Of a DNA stretch of 57,928 nucleotides, positions 46,285-55,232 are shown in pieces. Both the position numbers and the translations under genes were made by a program. The notes beneath the pieces are model-generated. The model worked only from the letters and a program-made list of their open reading frames with translations, made no database searches and was not told where the DNA came from. The stretch covers positions 1 to 57,928 of IMG/VR virus record IMGVR_UViG_3300045747_000102; one strand, written 5' to 3'. The first letter of the stretch is position 1. The number at the start of each line of letters is the position of its first letter. The DNA comes from a virus (taxonomy: Duplodnaviria > Caudoviricetes).

Positions 46285-47355
46285 TTATTCGGCTTCGAGT
46301 TCTTCTTCTAGAGCAACCAATTCCTCTGTGAACATGGCACCAGACGAAACTTCATACTTGGTCTTCACGAAAGCATCAAATGTTGGATCTGCAAGGATCG
46401 GACCCCAGAATACTTCTGAGTTCGTATCAGCCATACGCCAATTCTTGGCTTCAAGCTCTCCGGTCTCCGGATTGCATTTTGTGTACCAACCGTTCTTTGG
46501 TTTCACAACATGCTTGGATTCAAGAGCAATATCCATAAGAGCAGAATAGATATTGATACCCTGACCGTGGAGAACCTGCACTGGGATCTTAGACTTTTCA
46601 CGGACGAAGCGAGACTTTTCAACGTTGATGATAAAGTTGTATCCAGTCAGCTCAGTACCGTCCTTCTCTTGTTGACGACCAAGAATAAAGATGGCAGAGG
46701 CAGAGTAATAGATACCAGTTCCACCAGAGACAACAGCCTTCGAGAACATTTCCTGAGTCATGTAGGTATGGTTCACAACAACCATTGGAAGTTGCTTCAG
46801 CGTCAGGTGCGGAGTTACCATACGGAACAGAGACTTGAGTTGCTTAGCACGGGTCATATCTGCGACAGATTTTCCATCCAGAGCGTCATCAACTTCCTTC
46901 TTCGAAGCAATATTACCGGCAGAATCCAAAGCAATGAATACCTTGTCGCCGCGCTTGATTTCTTCCAACTGCTTCATAATGTCGAACTTAAGTTCTTCAA
47001 TAGTTGTGACAGGAGTATGAACGACACGAGTCATGTCAATTCCTACGGCATCAAAATACGACTGTGGAGTACCGAACTCAGAGTCGTAAAACAGACCGAT
47101 AGCATCTGGGTAAGTGTCCAAATATGACTTCAGCATCAAAAGAGTAAACATCGTTTTGAAGTGCTTCGATGGACCGGCCCATATGATTAGACCCGAACCA
47201 AAGCCACCATTGATTGAGCCGGACAGAGCAACGTTGATTGCAGGTACGGCCGTTTTCACACGGTCGGTTATATCAAAGAATGTAGAGTCTGCCAGGACTG
47301 CTGTTTCCTTGATAGTTGAGTTCTTCTTGATTCTGTCTAGTAGTGCATTTGCCAT
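46285..47355 (-). CDS. uvsX: RecA-like recombinase UvsX
   Basis: NVALSG, AGPSKHFKT, FYDSEFG, ASKKEV.DAL, DMTRAKQLKSLFR, GGTG..YS, KSRFVREKSK. Confidence 0.96.
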   Translation of the reverse strand: MANALLDRIKKNSTIKETAVLADSTFFDITDRVKTAVPAINVALSGSINGGFGSGLIIWAGPSKHFKTMFTLLMLKSYLDTYPDAIGLFYDSEFGTPQSYFDAVGIDMTRVVHTPVTTIEELKFDIMKQLEEIKRGDKVFIALDSAGNIASKKEVDDALDGKSVADMTRAKQLKSLFRMVTPHLTLKQLPMVVVNHTYMTQEMFSKAVVSGGTGIYYSASAIFILGRQQEKDGTELTGYNFIINVEKSRFVREKSKIPVQVLHGQGINIYSALMDIALESKHVVKPKNGWYTKCNPETGELEAKNWRMADTNSEVFWGPILADPTFDAFVKTKYEVSSGAMFTEELVALEEELEAE

Positions 47356-47356
47356 T

Positions 47357-47665
47357 TTATTTTCCTTCGTTGTATAAATTAAAATCTATCGGGTTAACTA
47401 TATCACCATCTTTTGAGTATTTTTTACCACCGAGAAGTTCAAAAAACGATTTACCATTGTATAAAAAGTTTCTAACATCTGTGAGTATAAAGCCATCTAC
47501 AATTTTTCCAAGATCATCAAACAATAAGCATTCAGTTGTTTGAAAATGTGCATTTATTAGAAATTTTTCTTTTTTATACTGAGCAGGTAACCAAAGATTT
47601 TCCGAACTAATTAAGTTCTTTGCTATTTCTGGTAATTCTGGATTTATAGAAATAAGTCGTATCAT
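47357..47665 (-). CDS. Hypothetical protein in AT-rich insert
   Basis: 102-aa ORF; visibly AT-richer than neighbours. Confidence 0.5.
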   Translation of the reverse strand: MIRLISINPELPEIAKNLISSENLWLPAQYKKEKFLINAHFQTTECLLFDDLGKIVDGFILTDVRNFLYNGKSFFELLGGKKYSKDGDIVNPIDFNLYNEGK

Positions 47666-47791
47666 TTTTGAGCAGAAATATTTATTTTAGAAAATTTAGC
47701 TGCATCAGTTCCCAAATATTATTAGAAGATTGATCTATGTTGTTAGCATTTGTAGATATGCTTCTTCTATAGATTTATTCATAAATTTTCC

Positions 47792-50278
47792 TTAACCGAA
47801 GAAATCATCGAGTGAATTTTCTTCTTCCAATTGCCATTTCATTGCATCCATAATCTTGACCAATGGGTCTAGGAATGCCTTAGAGAATTGAGTATCATAA
47901 TCAATGTACCGATGAAGATTGAATTCCTTTGGTAGTTCGGATGGGAAGCCGATGATGTTTTCTCGTAGTGTATTTGGTTCAATGAGTGCTACATACTTGA
48001 TCTTGTCACCTTCTTTAATCAGTTCATATTTCTTGGTCAGATCATTTTTCAGGATCAGATTGTTGTACAACAGAGCCGCTCTCACAGCAATTGGACAACC
48101 CTTGGCATAGATAGAATTTGAATCCGAGTACTCTCGCATGTTATTAGCAGAGCGTGGGAATGCAATTTCCTCTACCGAGTACGAATGGAAGTTCTTTTGA
48201 CACTTCGTAATGTACTCAAGCAAAATGTCACGGTCAGCATGATCCAAAATCAACTTAATAGCTTCCGTAAGCCATTCACGTACTAAGTCAGGAGTCGAAG
48301 ATCGGTTGGTCTCAATCCCAGTGATCTTGTACTCGGGTTGAGCATATCGAACACCTTCATTATCAAGTACCTTCTGGCAGTTTCGCTTTTTAGCCAAGAC
48401 AACAGTAGTCGAAGAAATTGCCTCTGGTTTGAAGTACAGCTTGTTCTCATAGAAGTTGAGTCGGTCCGAGATTTCCTTAGTAGATTCATTCAAAGCCTTA
48501 GCCAAGAAAGCATCAATGAATTTCAGCACAAATGTAGCCGTTGCATCATCGGTCATTTTCTTGGGAGCAAGTTCTACCAATTTATCAAAGCGGACACAAA
48601 GTGAATCGGTATCATTATAGACTACATAGTCCATATCAATTTTGCAAACCTTGGACATGAACTGATTTGCTCTGCGAGACACTGCCTGAATTGCATACTG
48701 ACCAGTTGTTGTAATACCCTCGGCAATTCGGTTGTCAAAGAAGAGAAAGTATTTATTGGCCATAGCACCGAATAGGGAATTCAGCTGAACCTTCACGGCC
48801 AATTGAAGAACACCAAACCGTGCCGAAGCCTTTTTGAAACTCTCGTCATGAGTCTTTTCATACTCACGTTTGAGCCGTAGCATCTCATCCTTTGCAGCCT
48901 TACGTTTACCGAACATTGACTCGGTAAGTCGTGGCATCACTCCACGAGTATCTCTGCGATAACGAGAGCCATTAGCAGCAAGAGCAAACTCGGATTCGTT
49001 AGCAATATCTGTGTTAAGTAATGAATCAATTGACACTCCGTCAATCATGTCCACGAAGGTCTCGGGTGACATGTTCAGCGACATAATAAAACTTGGATAC
49101 AGAGAAGTTGCATCAAGCACACCAGTCCACTTATACAAACCTGGTACAACATCCTTCACATAACCACCGACAATCTGTTGATCTGAAGATTGATGTTTCT
49201 TCATTGCACAGAATGTATTTTCTTCATACAGAGTAGAAAGAATATAGGACTCCCAAGTCTTCACGGGAGAATAGACATCCGAATAATTTACTTTGGTCAG
49301 ATAAGCAAGAGTCACAGCAAGATAGATCAGGCCGAGTTTGTCCTCAAGCTTAACCAGCAAGTTCACGTCCTGGATGTTGTAGGAAACAAAGCCATCGGTT
49401 TCACCCTCGGTGTCATCCCAGCCCTTTTCGTAATGCTCACGGAATGAAGCATACTTGTTTTCGGTCTTGCTTTCACCAATTTCAACCTGGCCGATGTACC
49501 CAAGCTTGTAGCTTGGACGGTTGATAAACCGGAACTTCTTGTACAGATCCAACATATCAAGCACAGTACGACCAGAGATTTCATACTTGAGATACTCACG
49601 GTCCATGATCGTTTCTGTCTTGGCATCCACATGACCGAATGGAGATAGACGATTCAAAGCATTCTGACCAAGCAGCTTGATGATACGAGAGCCGAGATAT
49701 GCCATGTCGAACTGAACTACATTCCATCCAGTCATAATGTCAAAGTCGACCTCGATGCAATAATTGATCCACTTTGACAACAGATCCTTTTCATCCCGGC
49801 AAACGATGTATTCAGTTCCCTGAGCATTAGATGGTTTCACACCAAATGTGATCATCTTACCCTTCTTGTTTGAGTAGCAAGAAATTAGGAGCACTTCCTC
49901 CGGAGCATTCTTGGTGTCGATACCACCTTGTCCGGTTGTAGTTTCAATGTCCGTGAATAGGATAGATAGATTTGTAAGTTCGACTGAGAGTTCACCTGGA
50001 AAGTTACGGTGAATGAAGTCATATTCATACCGATCATTTCCGTGGATGTTCATGACACCCGAGTAAGATTTGATGTAATCTCGAGCTGCCCGGATGTCTG
50101 CAAACTGCACTTCAGCCAAACTTTCTCCGTATAAAGATTTGTACTTTTCGGACATCCCCGGCACGTATAACGTGGGCATGTGGGTAGCATTGTTTGACTG
50201 AATTCTTACACCATCTTTGTACCCGCGGAAGTAAATTTTATTGAATCTCTGTTCGACTGCTGTATAAATTATGGTCAT
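47792..50278 (-). CDS. 43: Family B DNA polymerase (T4 gp43)
   Basis: ExoI DIET, ExoII GWN...FD, ExoIII YNIQDV, DATSLYPS, K...NSLFG, YNDTDS, C-terminal clamp-binding SLDDFF. Confidence 0.96.
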   Translation of the reverse strand: MTIIYTAVEQRFNKIYFRGYKDGVRIQSNNATHMPTLYVPGMSEKYKSLYGESLAEVQFADIRAARDYIKSYSGVMNIHGNDRYEYDFIHRNFPGELSVELTNLSILFTDIETTTGQGGIDTKNAPEEVLLISCYSNKKGKMITFGVKPSNAQGTEYIVCRDEKDLLSKWINYCIEVDFDIMTGWNVVQFDMAYLGSRIIKLLGQNALNRLSPFGHVDAKTETIMDREYLKYEISGRTVLDMLDLYKKFRFINRPSYKLGYIGQVEIGESKTENKYASFREHYEKGWDDTEGETDGFVSYNIQDVNLLVKLEDKLGLIYLAVTLAYLTKVNYSDVYSPVKTWESYILSTLYEENTFCAMKKHQSSDQQIVGGYVKDVVPGLYKWTGVLDATSLYPSFIMSLNMSPETFVDMIDGVSIDSLLNTDIANESEFALAANGSRYRRDTRGVMPRLTESMFGKRKAAKDEMLRLKREYEKTHDESFKKASARFGVLQLAVKVQLNSLFGAMANKYFLFFDNRIAEGITTTGQYAIQAVSRRANQFMSKVCKIDMDYVVYNDTDSLCVRFDKLVELAPKKMTDDATATFVLKFIDAFLAKALNESTKEISDRLNFYENKLYFKPEAISSTTVVLAKKRNCQKVLDNEGVRYAQPEYKITGIETNRSSTPDLVREWLTEAIKLILDHADRDILLEYITKCQKNFHSYSVEEIAFPRSANNMREYSDSNSIYAKGCPIAVRAALLYNNLILKNDLTKKYELIKEGDKIKYVALIEPNTLRENIIGFPSELPKEFNLHRYIDYDTQFSKAFLDPLVKIMDAMKWQLEEENSLDDFFG

Positions 50279-50302
50279 ATGTTTTCATTGAATGTAGAAT
50301 TT

Positions 50303-50330
50303 ATTTTATCACAATAGAAGTGAAAGTAAA
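50303..50330 (-). promoter_or_regulatory. sigma70-type promoter (class 2) for gene 43
   Basis: Minus strand TTTACTttc...tgaTAAAAT, 16-nt spacer. Confidence 0.6.
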
Positions 50331-50376
50331 AACAAAAATGGCCCACAAGGAGCCATTCTGTTAACTGTGTAAACTG

Positions 50377-50544
50377 TTATTCTGATGTTTTGTCGGCCAT
50401 AGCTTCTTTAACAATAGCCACGACTTCGGACAACTTACGTACGATCACTCGACGGCCGTTTTCAAAATCATTCACATACACCAAAAAGCCGCCGTCAATC
50501 TTCTCGATTGACACATTCATTTCTTTAAAATCTAGATTCATCAT
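50377..50544 (-). CDS. Small hypothetical protein (not in ORF track)
   Basis: MMNLDFKEMNVSIEKIDGGFLVYV...; ATG overlaps dsbA stop; AGGAG SD. Confidence 0.6.
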   Translation of the reverse strand: MMNLDFKEMNVSIEKIDGGFLVYVNDFENGRRVIVRKLSEVVAIVKEAMADKTSE

Positions 50545-50825
50545 TACTCCTGTGGTCCGAAGACTTTTTCATACAATTCAACAATGTTTTCTTGGTCAAC
50601 TGACACGGCAGCCAAGTTCTGCTTATGGTAAATCTTTGCCATCTTGACGAGGTAACCCTTAGGCAACTCAGAGCCAGTGGAAAGATCGGCAAATAGATTC
50701 TTGAGAAAATCCTTTTCACCTTCAATTCGGGTAAACGATGCGGAAGCCTCTTGCATTGCATCTTTGATAGCCTTCAGGACGATTGGGTCATTGGGCATTG
50801 TGATTTGGTTGGTTTCGACGATCAT
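50544..50825 (-). CDS. dsbA: T4 DsbA-like double-stranded DNA-binding protein
   Basis: I.EAS....I......K...YHKQN...E.IVELYEKVF resembles T4 DsbA. Confidence 0.8.
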   Translation of the reverse strand: MIVETNQITMPNDPIVLKAIKDAMQEASASFTRIEGEKDFLKNLFADLSTGSELPKGYLVKMAKIYHKQNLAAVSVDQENIVELYEKVFGPQE

Positions 50826-50849
50826 AATATGTTCACTTCTTTCTTGGGG

Positions 50850-51080
50850 TTACAAACTATATAGCATTTTGATTAACTGGTTTACTTCCTCTTCCTTCGT
50901 AAAGAACTGAAGTTTGAAGTTGGATTCCAGCATATCCTGAACCACTATCAGGAATGTTTTCTCAGTCACATCATTGTCCATCATGGACAATTTGACCAGG
51001 AACCGATTGTTAATAAGAAATTTCTTAGACTTAATCAGTTCCTGGAAATGACTTTGCGGTTTTTTAGTTTTCTTTTCCAT
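50850..51080 (-). CDS. Hypothetical protein
   Basis: 76 aa; ATTAAATA at 51105-12 upstream. Confidence 0.6.
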   Translation of the reverse strand: MEKKTKKPQSHFQELIKSKKFLINNRFLVKLSMMDNDVTEKTFLIVVQDMLESNFKLQFFTKEEEVNQLIKMLYSL

Positions 51081-51115
51081 ATAGGTACCAATCGTTGATA
51101 CCCATATTTAATAGA

Positions 51116-51553
51116 TTACTTGATTGCAATCATTGATGGCTTGGTTTTCTCGGGAACCAGTTTGGTTAAACTAATTGTAAGAATTCCATCTGCCATTTGA
51201 GCATCGGTCACCTTGATGTTGGTCTCAAGCAGGAATCTGCGTTCAAAATTGCGTTGAGCAATTCCGTTCCAGATCCATTTTTGACCAGCCATATCGGCAG
51301 TCTTGCTCTTTTCACCTTTAACAATCAGGGTGTTATCAGGTCCATTTTCGAGAGTTACCTCTGACTTGGAGTAACCAGCCAGAGCAATTTCGATTGCATA
51401 ATTATTTTCAGATGTCTCAATGATGTTGTAAGGAGGAAACGAACTTTGTGGTTGTTTACCTTCATAGAACACCGAGAGTCGGTCCGTGAGGGTTTGAGCA
51501 CCAATAAAATCTTTGTAAAGATTGTTGATGACGGAAGGGTCGAGATATGCCAT
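51116..51553 (-). CDS. hsp20: Small heat-shock protein (Hsp20/IbpA-like)
   Basis: FPPYNI, IEIALAG, GIAQRNFERRF.L, A.M.DGIL.I.L. Confidence 0.93.
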   Translation of the reverse strand: MAYLDPSVINNLYKDFIGAQTLTDRLSVFYEGKQPQSSFPPYNIIETSENNYAIEIALAGYSKSEVTLENGPDNTLIVKGEKSKTADMAGQKWIWNGIAQRNFERRFLLETNIKVTDAQMADGILTISLTKLVPEKTKPSMIAIK

Positions 51554-51590
51554 GTTAAACTCCTATAAGCAAGTTTTTTCTTCAATTTAC

Positions 51591-51614
51591 TACAGACCCC
51601 GAAGGCATCTATAG
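51591..51614 (-). promoter_or_regulatory. UUCG hairpin between regA and hsp20
   Basis: Minus strand CTATAGATGCC-TTCG-GGGTCTGTAG, imperfect stem. Confidence 0.5.
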
Positions 51615-51627
51615 ATTCAGGGTGGAA

Positions 51628-52038
51628 TTACCCTAAATTCTTTGTCCGGTTACCCAGAGTGTACTTAGCAATCAGTGACCATTCTTTTTTCTCTTTGAAC
51701 GGTACTATTTTTATCTCTGAAACAGACGACAAAAATTCGATATCAGCTTTATTTAATACGGCACAGAGGCCCCATTGCCCTAAAAATTTGGAAATTGTAT
51801 TCCGTCTACGATAATCATCTTCAGAAATGTCGGCCGTTTTGCCGTCAAGTAGAAAAAGTTCCTTAAAGTGTACAATGTAGTATTTGCCCTGTTTGTGCAG
51901 GATATGACATGTCTGAAATAAGGTTTTGTTTTTCTTAGAGGGGATTCCTATTCTGGTTAGTGTTTCTTTAATTAGCAAAAATGAATCAGGTTTGTCTAAA
52001 GTAATTTCTACACCAACGCTAGGTTTTTGTTCTTTCAT
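51628..52038 (-). CDS. regA: Translational repressor RegA
   Basis: PDSFL.IKETLTRIGI, LFQTCHILHKQGKYYIVHFKELF.LDG, RRNTI..L.QWGL; start at ATG 52038. Confidence 0.96.
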   Translation of the reverse strand: MKEQKPSVGVEITLDKPDSFLLIKETLTRIGIPSKKNKTLFQTCHILHKQGKYYIVHFKELFLLDGKTADISEDDYRRRNTISKFLGQWGLCAVLNKADIEFLSSVSEIKIVPFKEKKEWSLIAKYTLGNRTKNLG

Positions 52039-52429
52039 TATTATTCTTCCCACCATGTTTGTCCAGTTCAGCTTGTACTGCTTCCGGACCAAGTAATTTA
52101 TAAATTTCTGTACCACGCTTAGTAGACACATTCATCCGAGAACAAATATACTCTACATGGTCAGTATTTAAGGTAGAAGATTCCTTCTTGGACCACATCT
52201 TTTGGAATGCACGATTCTGTGGAATTCCCTTTAGATAAAAATCATACTGGATCTTTTTATCTAACCCAGAATATTTATCCATGCACTCAGCAAAAAGAAC
52301 AGTCCGATCAGAGTTAGAAAGAATCCGATTTACCATGAACGGAGCATATTCTTTGTTGAACAGCTCGTCAGTGGTGTACAGATCTTCCTTAGTCTGAAGG
52401 ATAGATTTTGCAATGTCAAATGGGCTCAT
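52019..52429 (-). CDS. 62: Clamp loader small subunit (T4 gp62)
   Basis: SPFD..KSI, Y.PFMVNR.LS, QYDFY; position between 44 and regA. Confidence 0.9.
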   Translation of the reverse strand: MSPFDIAKSILQTKEDLYTTDELFNKEYAPFMVNRILSNSDRTVLFAECMDKYSGLDKKIQYDFYLKGIPQNRAFQKMWSKKESSTLNTDHVEYICSRMNVSTKRGTEIYKLLGPEAVQAELDKHGGKNNNERTKT

Positions 52430-53364
52430 TGGAATTGGCAGTCACGCATGACTTGGATGCAGAAGGCGGCATTGTTAATTTCTTGATCAATCGAATGTGA
52501 AGCCTTGAACTGGGATTCACCGATCAGAAGAATCAACTGAGGGATAGATTGTGGAATTAGCAGTCCAGCAATTTTGTCATAGAACAAACGATAGAACTGA
52601 GACGAATCCATCTGGTTATTAGCAATCCACTGGCGAACCTTGGTGAATGATTTTTCCTTCAGGAAGCCTGCAAGTTCGTTAATGCCAGTATCATCAATAG
52701 TAGCCAAAATGCCGGAATCAATAGTACCAGATGACGAATAACGTTGAAGCTCAACAATCGTCTTACGGAAGTCAGGAAAGTTCTTCGAGACCAAACCTGC
52801 CACAGATTTCTTATCATACGTCACACCCTCGGAATCCAATACTTTACACGCAGATTTGAACATCTGAGCCATTGCCGTTTGTTTTTCATCCTTAGAGAAT
52901 TTGAAGTCAATACGAGTCAGACGAGATTGCAGAGGGGAGATGATACGCTCAGGGAAATTACACGTGAAGATAAACAGAGCATTCGAGCTGAATTCATCCA
53001 AGAATCCACGAAGTGCCGGCATAACCGATGTGGGATTCAAGTAATCTGCTTCGTCCAGAACCACAATTTTCTTGGAGTCCGTGAATGAAACGGTAGAAAC
53101 AAATTGTGTTATTTTAGTACGAAGTGTGTCAATGTTGCCATCCAATGATGCATTGATAAACAACACATCAGCGTCAAGGAAGCCAGAGATGGCATAAGCA
53201 CACGTTGTTTTGCCTGTGCCTGGAGGGCCACAGAATAGATAATTTGGAAGATTACCGGACTCTAATTGTTCCTTTAGCATCTTCTTCACTGTTGCTGGAA
53301 GAACCGTATCGTCAATAGTCTTGGGACGATATTTATGTTCCCAAACTTGATTCTCAAAACTCAT
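52426..53364 (-). CDS. 44: Clamp loader large subunit (T4 gp44)
   Basis: KYRP.TIDD, GPPGTGKTT, INAS, LDEADYL, FIFTCN, PLQSR, FPDFRK. Confidence 0.96.
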   Translation of the reverse strand: MSFENQVWEHKYRPKTIDDTVLPATVKKMLKEQLESGNLPNYLFCGPPGTGKTTCAYAISGFLDADVLFINASLDGNIDTLRTKITQFVSTVSFTDSKKIVVLDEADYLNPTSVMPALRGFLDEFSSNALFIFTCNFPERIISPLQSRLTRIDFKFSKDEKQTAMAQMFKSACKVLDSEGVTYDKKSVAGLVSKNFPDFRKTIVELQRYSSSGTIDSGILATIDDTGINELAGFLKEKSFTKVRQWIANNQMDSSQFYRLFYDKIAGLLIPQSIPQLILLIGESQFKASHSIDQEINNAAFCIQVMRDCQFQ

Positions 53365-53432
53365 AATAAAATTTTTCCTTTGTCACATTAGTAGGACATT
53401 ACACCGTTAATGTATCAAATACGATACATACA

Positions 53433-53473
53433 CATAGATCGGTACAAGAACACACATTCCATACCGATCTATG
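53433..53473. repeat. 12-bp perfect inverted repeat (plus adjacent 7-bp hairpin 53410-53429) in the 45-44 intergenic region
   Basis: CATAGATCGGTA / TACCGATCTATG; ATGTATC / GATACAT. Confidence 0.8.
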
Positions 53474-53479
53474 ATCACA

Positions 53480-54139
53480 TTAAGACCAGGAAGAGTTCTT
53501 TTCGTTCGCGATGTAGATTTCGTAGTTGATCGTCTTGGAAACGAACTGAGCAATCTTCTTGGAACTCAGATTGACTTCATAGATGCTTGGGGGCATTTTC
53601 AGATTTTCCAACTTGATGTACGAAGAGAATGACTGATCGGTCGTTCCGACTTCAACCGCAAAGGTGTTTGAGCTTGGATTCTTTGGGTCCAGAACCGTAC
53701 AAGTAATAGACGAACCATCACCTTGAATGAGCAAATCTGTAGCCGAAAGAACAGAACCTGCCTTGATCAACGACTTCAGATCTTCCTCGGAGAGTTCAAA
53801 CGAAGCATCAGTCTTGGGCATCTTGATAGCCTTGTCCGGATAGTCCAGAACTTCGGAAGCCGCAAAGACATATTGCACTTTGTTCTTACCTTGGGAAATG
53901 GTGACCGAATTGTCATTCAGGGTAAACTCGGGATCAGTAAACAAAGATACTACACCCAGGAATTCTGGCAGATTGTAGATGCCGAACTCTTGTTCAAACT
54001 CATCCTCGACTGTGGCTGTAACAAAAATGTTCTTGGCAACAGTTCGTGTCGTAAGAACCTTGCCAGCCTTGATCAGAATGTTCTGATTGATAGATGAGAA
54101 GTTACGAAGCACTTCAAGAGTTTGTTTGGATAATTTCAT
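53480..54139 (-). CDS. 45: Sliding clamp (T4 gp45)
   Basis: MKLSKQTLEVLRNFSSINQ.I, FGIYNL.EFL..VSLF, IANE; start at ATG 54139 with AAGGA SD. Confidence 0.95.
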   Translation of the reverse strand: MKLSKQTLEVLRNFSSINQNILIKAGKVLTTRTVAKNIFVTATVEDEFEQEFGIYNLPEFLGVVSLFTDPEFTLNDNSVTISQGKNKVQYVFAASEVLDYPDKAIKMPKTDASFELSEEDLKSLIKAGSVLSATDLLIQGDGSSITCTVLDPKNPSSNTFAVEVGTTDQSFSSYIKLENLKMPPSIYEVNLSSKKIAQFVSKTINYEIYIANEKNSSWS

Positions 54140-54170
54140 TGGGAGAGTCCTTTTCATGATAAGATAGTTA

Positions 54171-54199
54171 ATTATAAACCAAATAGAAACGAAAGTAAA
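54171..54199 (-). promoter_or_regulatory. sigma70-type promoter (class 2) for the 45-44-62-regA operon
   Basis: Minus strand TTTACTttc-N-TATAAT, 17-nt spacer. Confidence 0.75.
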
Positions 54200-54201
54200 A
54201 T

Positions 54202-54381
54202 CTATTCTTTACAGGTTATTGTATATGGCGGCTGTGTAGGCCAATTTGGTGTTTCAGGGACGAAAGTTGGTCGAACTGCTGGTGGTCCGAAATGAACCAA
54301 ATGCGCAGTTCGTCCCTCAACGATCACAAGCCGTTCTCGTAGCTCGTTGAGTTCTTTTCTTAGTTGTTCTACTTCGGTCAC
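54202..54381 (-). CDS. Small coiled-coil/Pro-rich protein (not in ORF track)
   Basis: GTG start overlapping upstream TGA; MTEVEQLRKELNELRERL...PPYTITCKE. Confidence 0.5.
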   Translation of the reverse strand: MTEVEQLRKELNELRERLVIVEGRTAHLVHFGPPAVRPTFVPETPNWPTQPPYTITCKE

Positions 54382-55205
54382 AGTGAGTAGCTTACGTTTT
54401 GATCTTTTTCACGAGAATCAAGTTCGTACTGAGAACGGATAATATTGTTGGTGCGGACAACTTCATTCAGCACGGTAAACTCGTTGTTTGCATACCGGAT
54501 GAATGCAGCAGTATCCTTGGTGAAACATGCACCACCAAAGCCGTACCGGCCATCTGGGCCCGGGACAGTAGTATGGGAAGGTCCGATACGTGGATCGTTA
54601 CCAATAGCGGCTACGACTTCGGAGTAGTTTGCACCATTCTTAGCACAGATAGCTTGGAACTGATTCCAGAACAGGACCTTAGCCGATAGGAAGGTATTCA
54701 TACCGTACTTCACAAATGAAGCTTCAGGAGCCGTCATGTGGAAAGTTGCAGCAGGTTTGCAAATGGAGTAATTTGTGTAAATACTTTCCAGTTTCTTCGT
54801 CATGATGATGTCGCCACCATACACGTTCGAGATTGGATTTTCAAAGTCCCAGTTTGCGTTGCGCTCAGTGAGGAACTCTGGGTTGTAAATGAAGTTTGGA
54901 TATTCATCGGCCAAGCGTTGCACAATATCTGGAACCACGGTAGATTTCAGGACCAACAGTGTGTCCATATCTTTCAGAGCTGCCATTGTGGATTCTACAA
55001 TTGAAGAATCAATAGCACCAGAGGCAGACATAGGAGTCGGCACGGCAATGAATACTACATCGAGCTTCATGTTCTTCATCACTGAAATATCTACACCGCG
55101 ATCGAGTTTAGGATCTACGATGAACAAGTTGTTGTTCTGGAAGCCGTGTGCTACAGCCTTGCCTACGAACCCATATCCGACCACACCAATATTAAGTTTA
55201 CTCAT
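54378..55205 (-). CDS. ugd: UDP-glucose 6-dehydrogenase (short form lacking the usual C-terminal domain)
   Basis: GYGFVG, FIAVPTP, LKSTV.P, YNPEFL.E, KY..N.FL..KV...N, D.RIG, GFGGACFTKD (catalytic Cys). Confidence 0.88.
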   Translation of the reverse strand: MSKLNIGVVGYGFVGKAVAHGFQNNNLFIVDPKLDRGVDISVMKNMKLDVVFIAVPTPMSASGAIDSSIVESTMAALKDMDTLLVLKSTVVPDIVQRLADEYPNFIYNPEFLTERNANWDFENPISNVYGGDIIMTKKLESIYTNYSICKPAATFHMTAPEASFVKYGMNTFLSAKVLFWNQFQAICAKNGANYSEVVAAIGNDPRIGPSHTTVPGPDGRYGFGGACFTKDTAAFIRYANNEFTVLNEVVRTNNIIRSQYELDSREKDQNVSYSL

Positions 55206-55232
55206 GATTTTCCTTTCAAGTTTGTTATGTAT

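Noticed and set aside
46510-47127. 205-aa + strand ORF and other shadow ORFs over the - strand block
   Set aside because: They are antisense to well-conserved genes, arise from codon bias, and have no SD or motifs.
44781-50278. Introns, inteins or homing endonucleases in genes 41, uvsX, 43 (also 17, thyX, 30)
   Set aside because: Lengths and motif spacing are normal; no intein, LAGLIDADG, HNH or GIY-YIG motifs seen.
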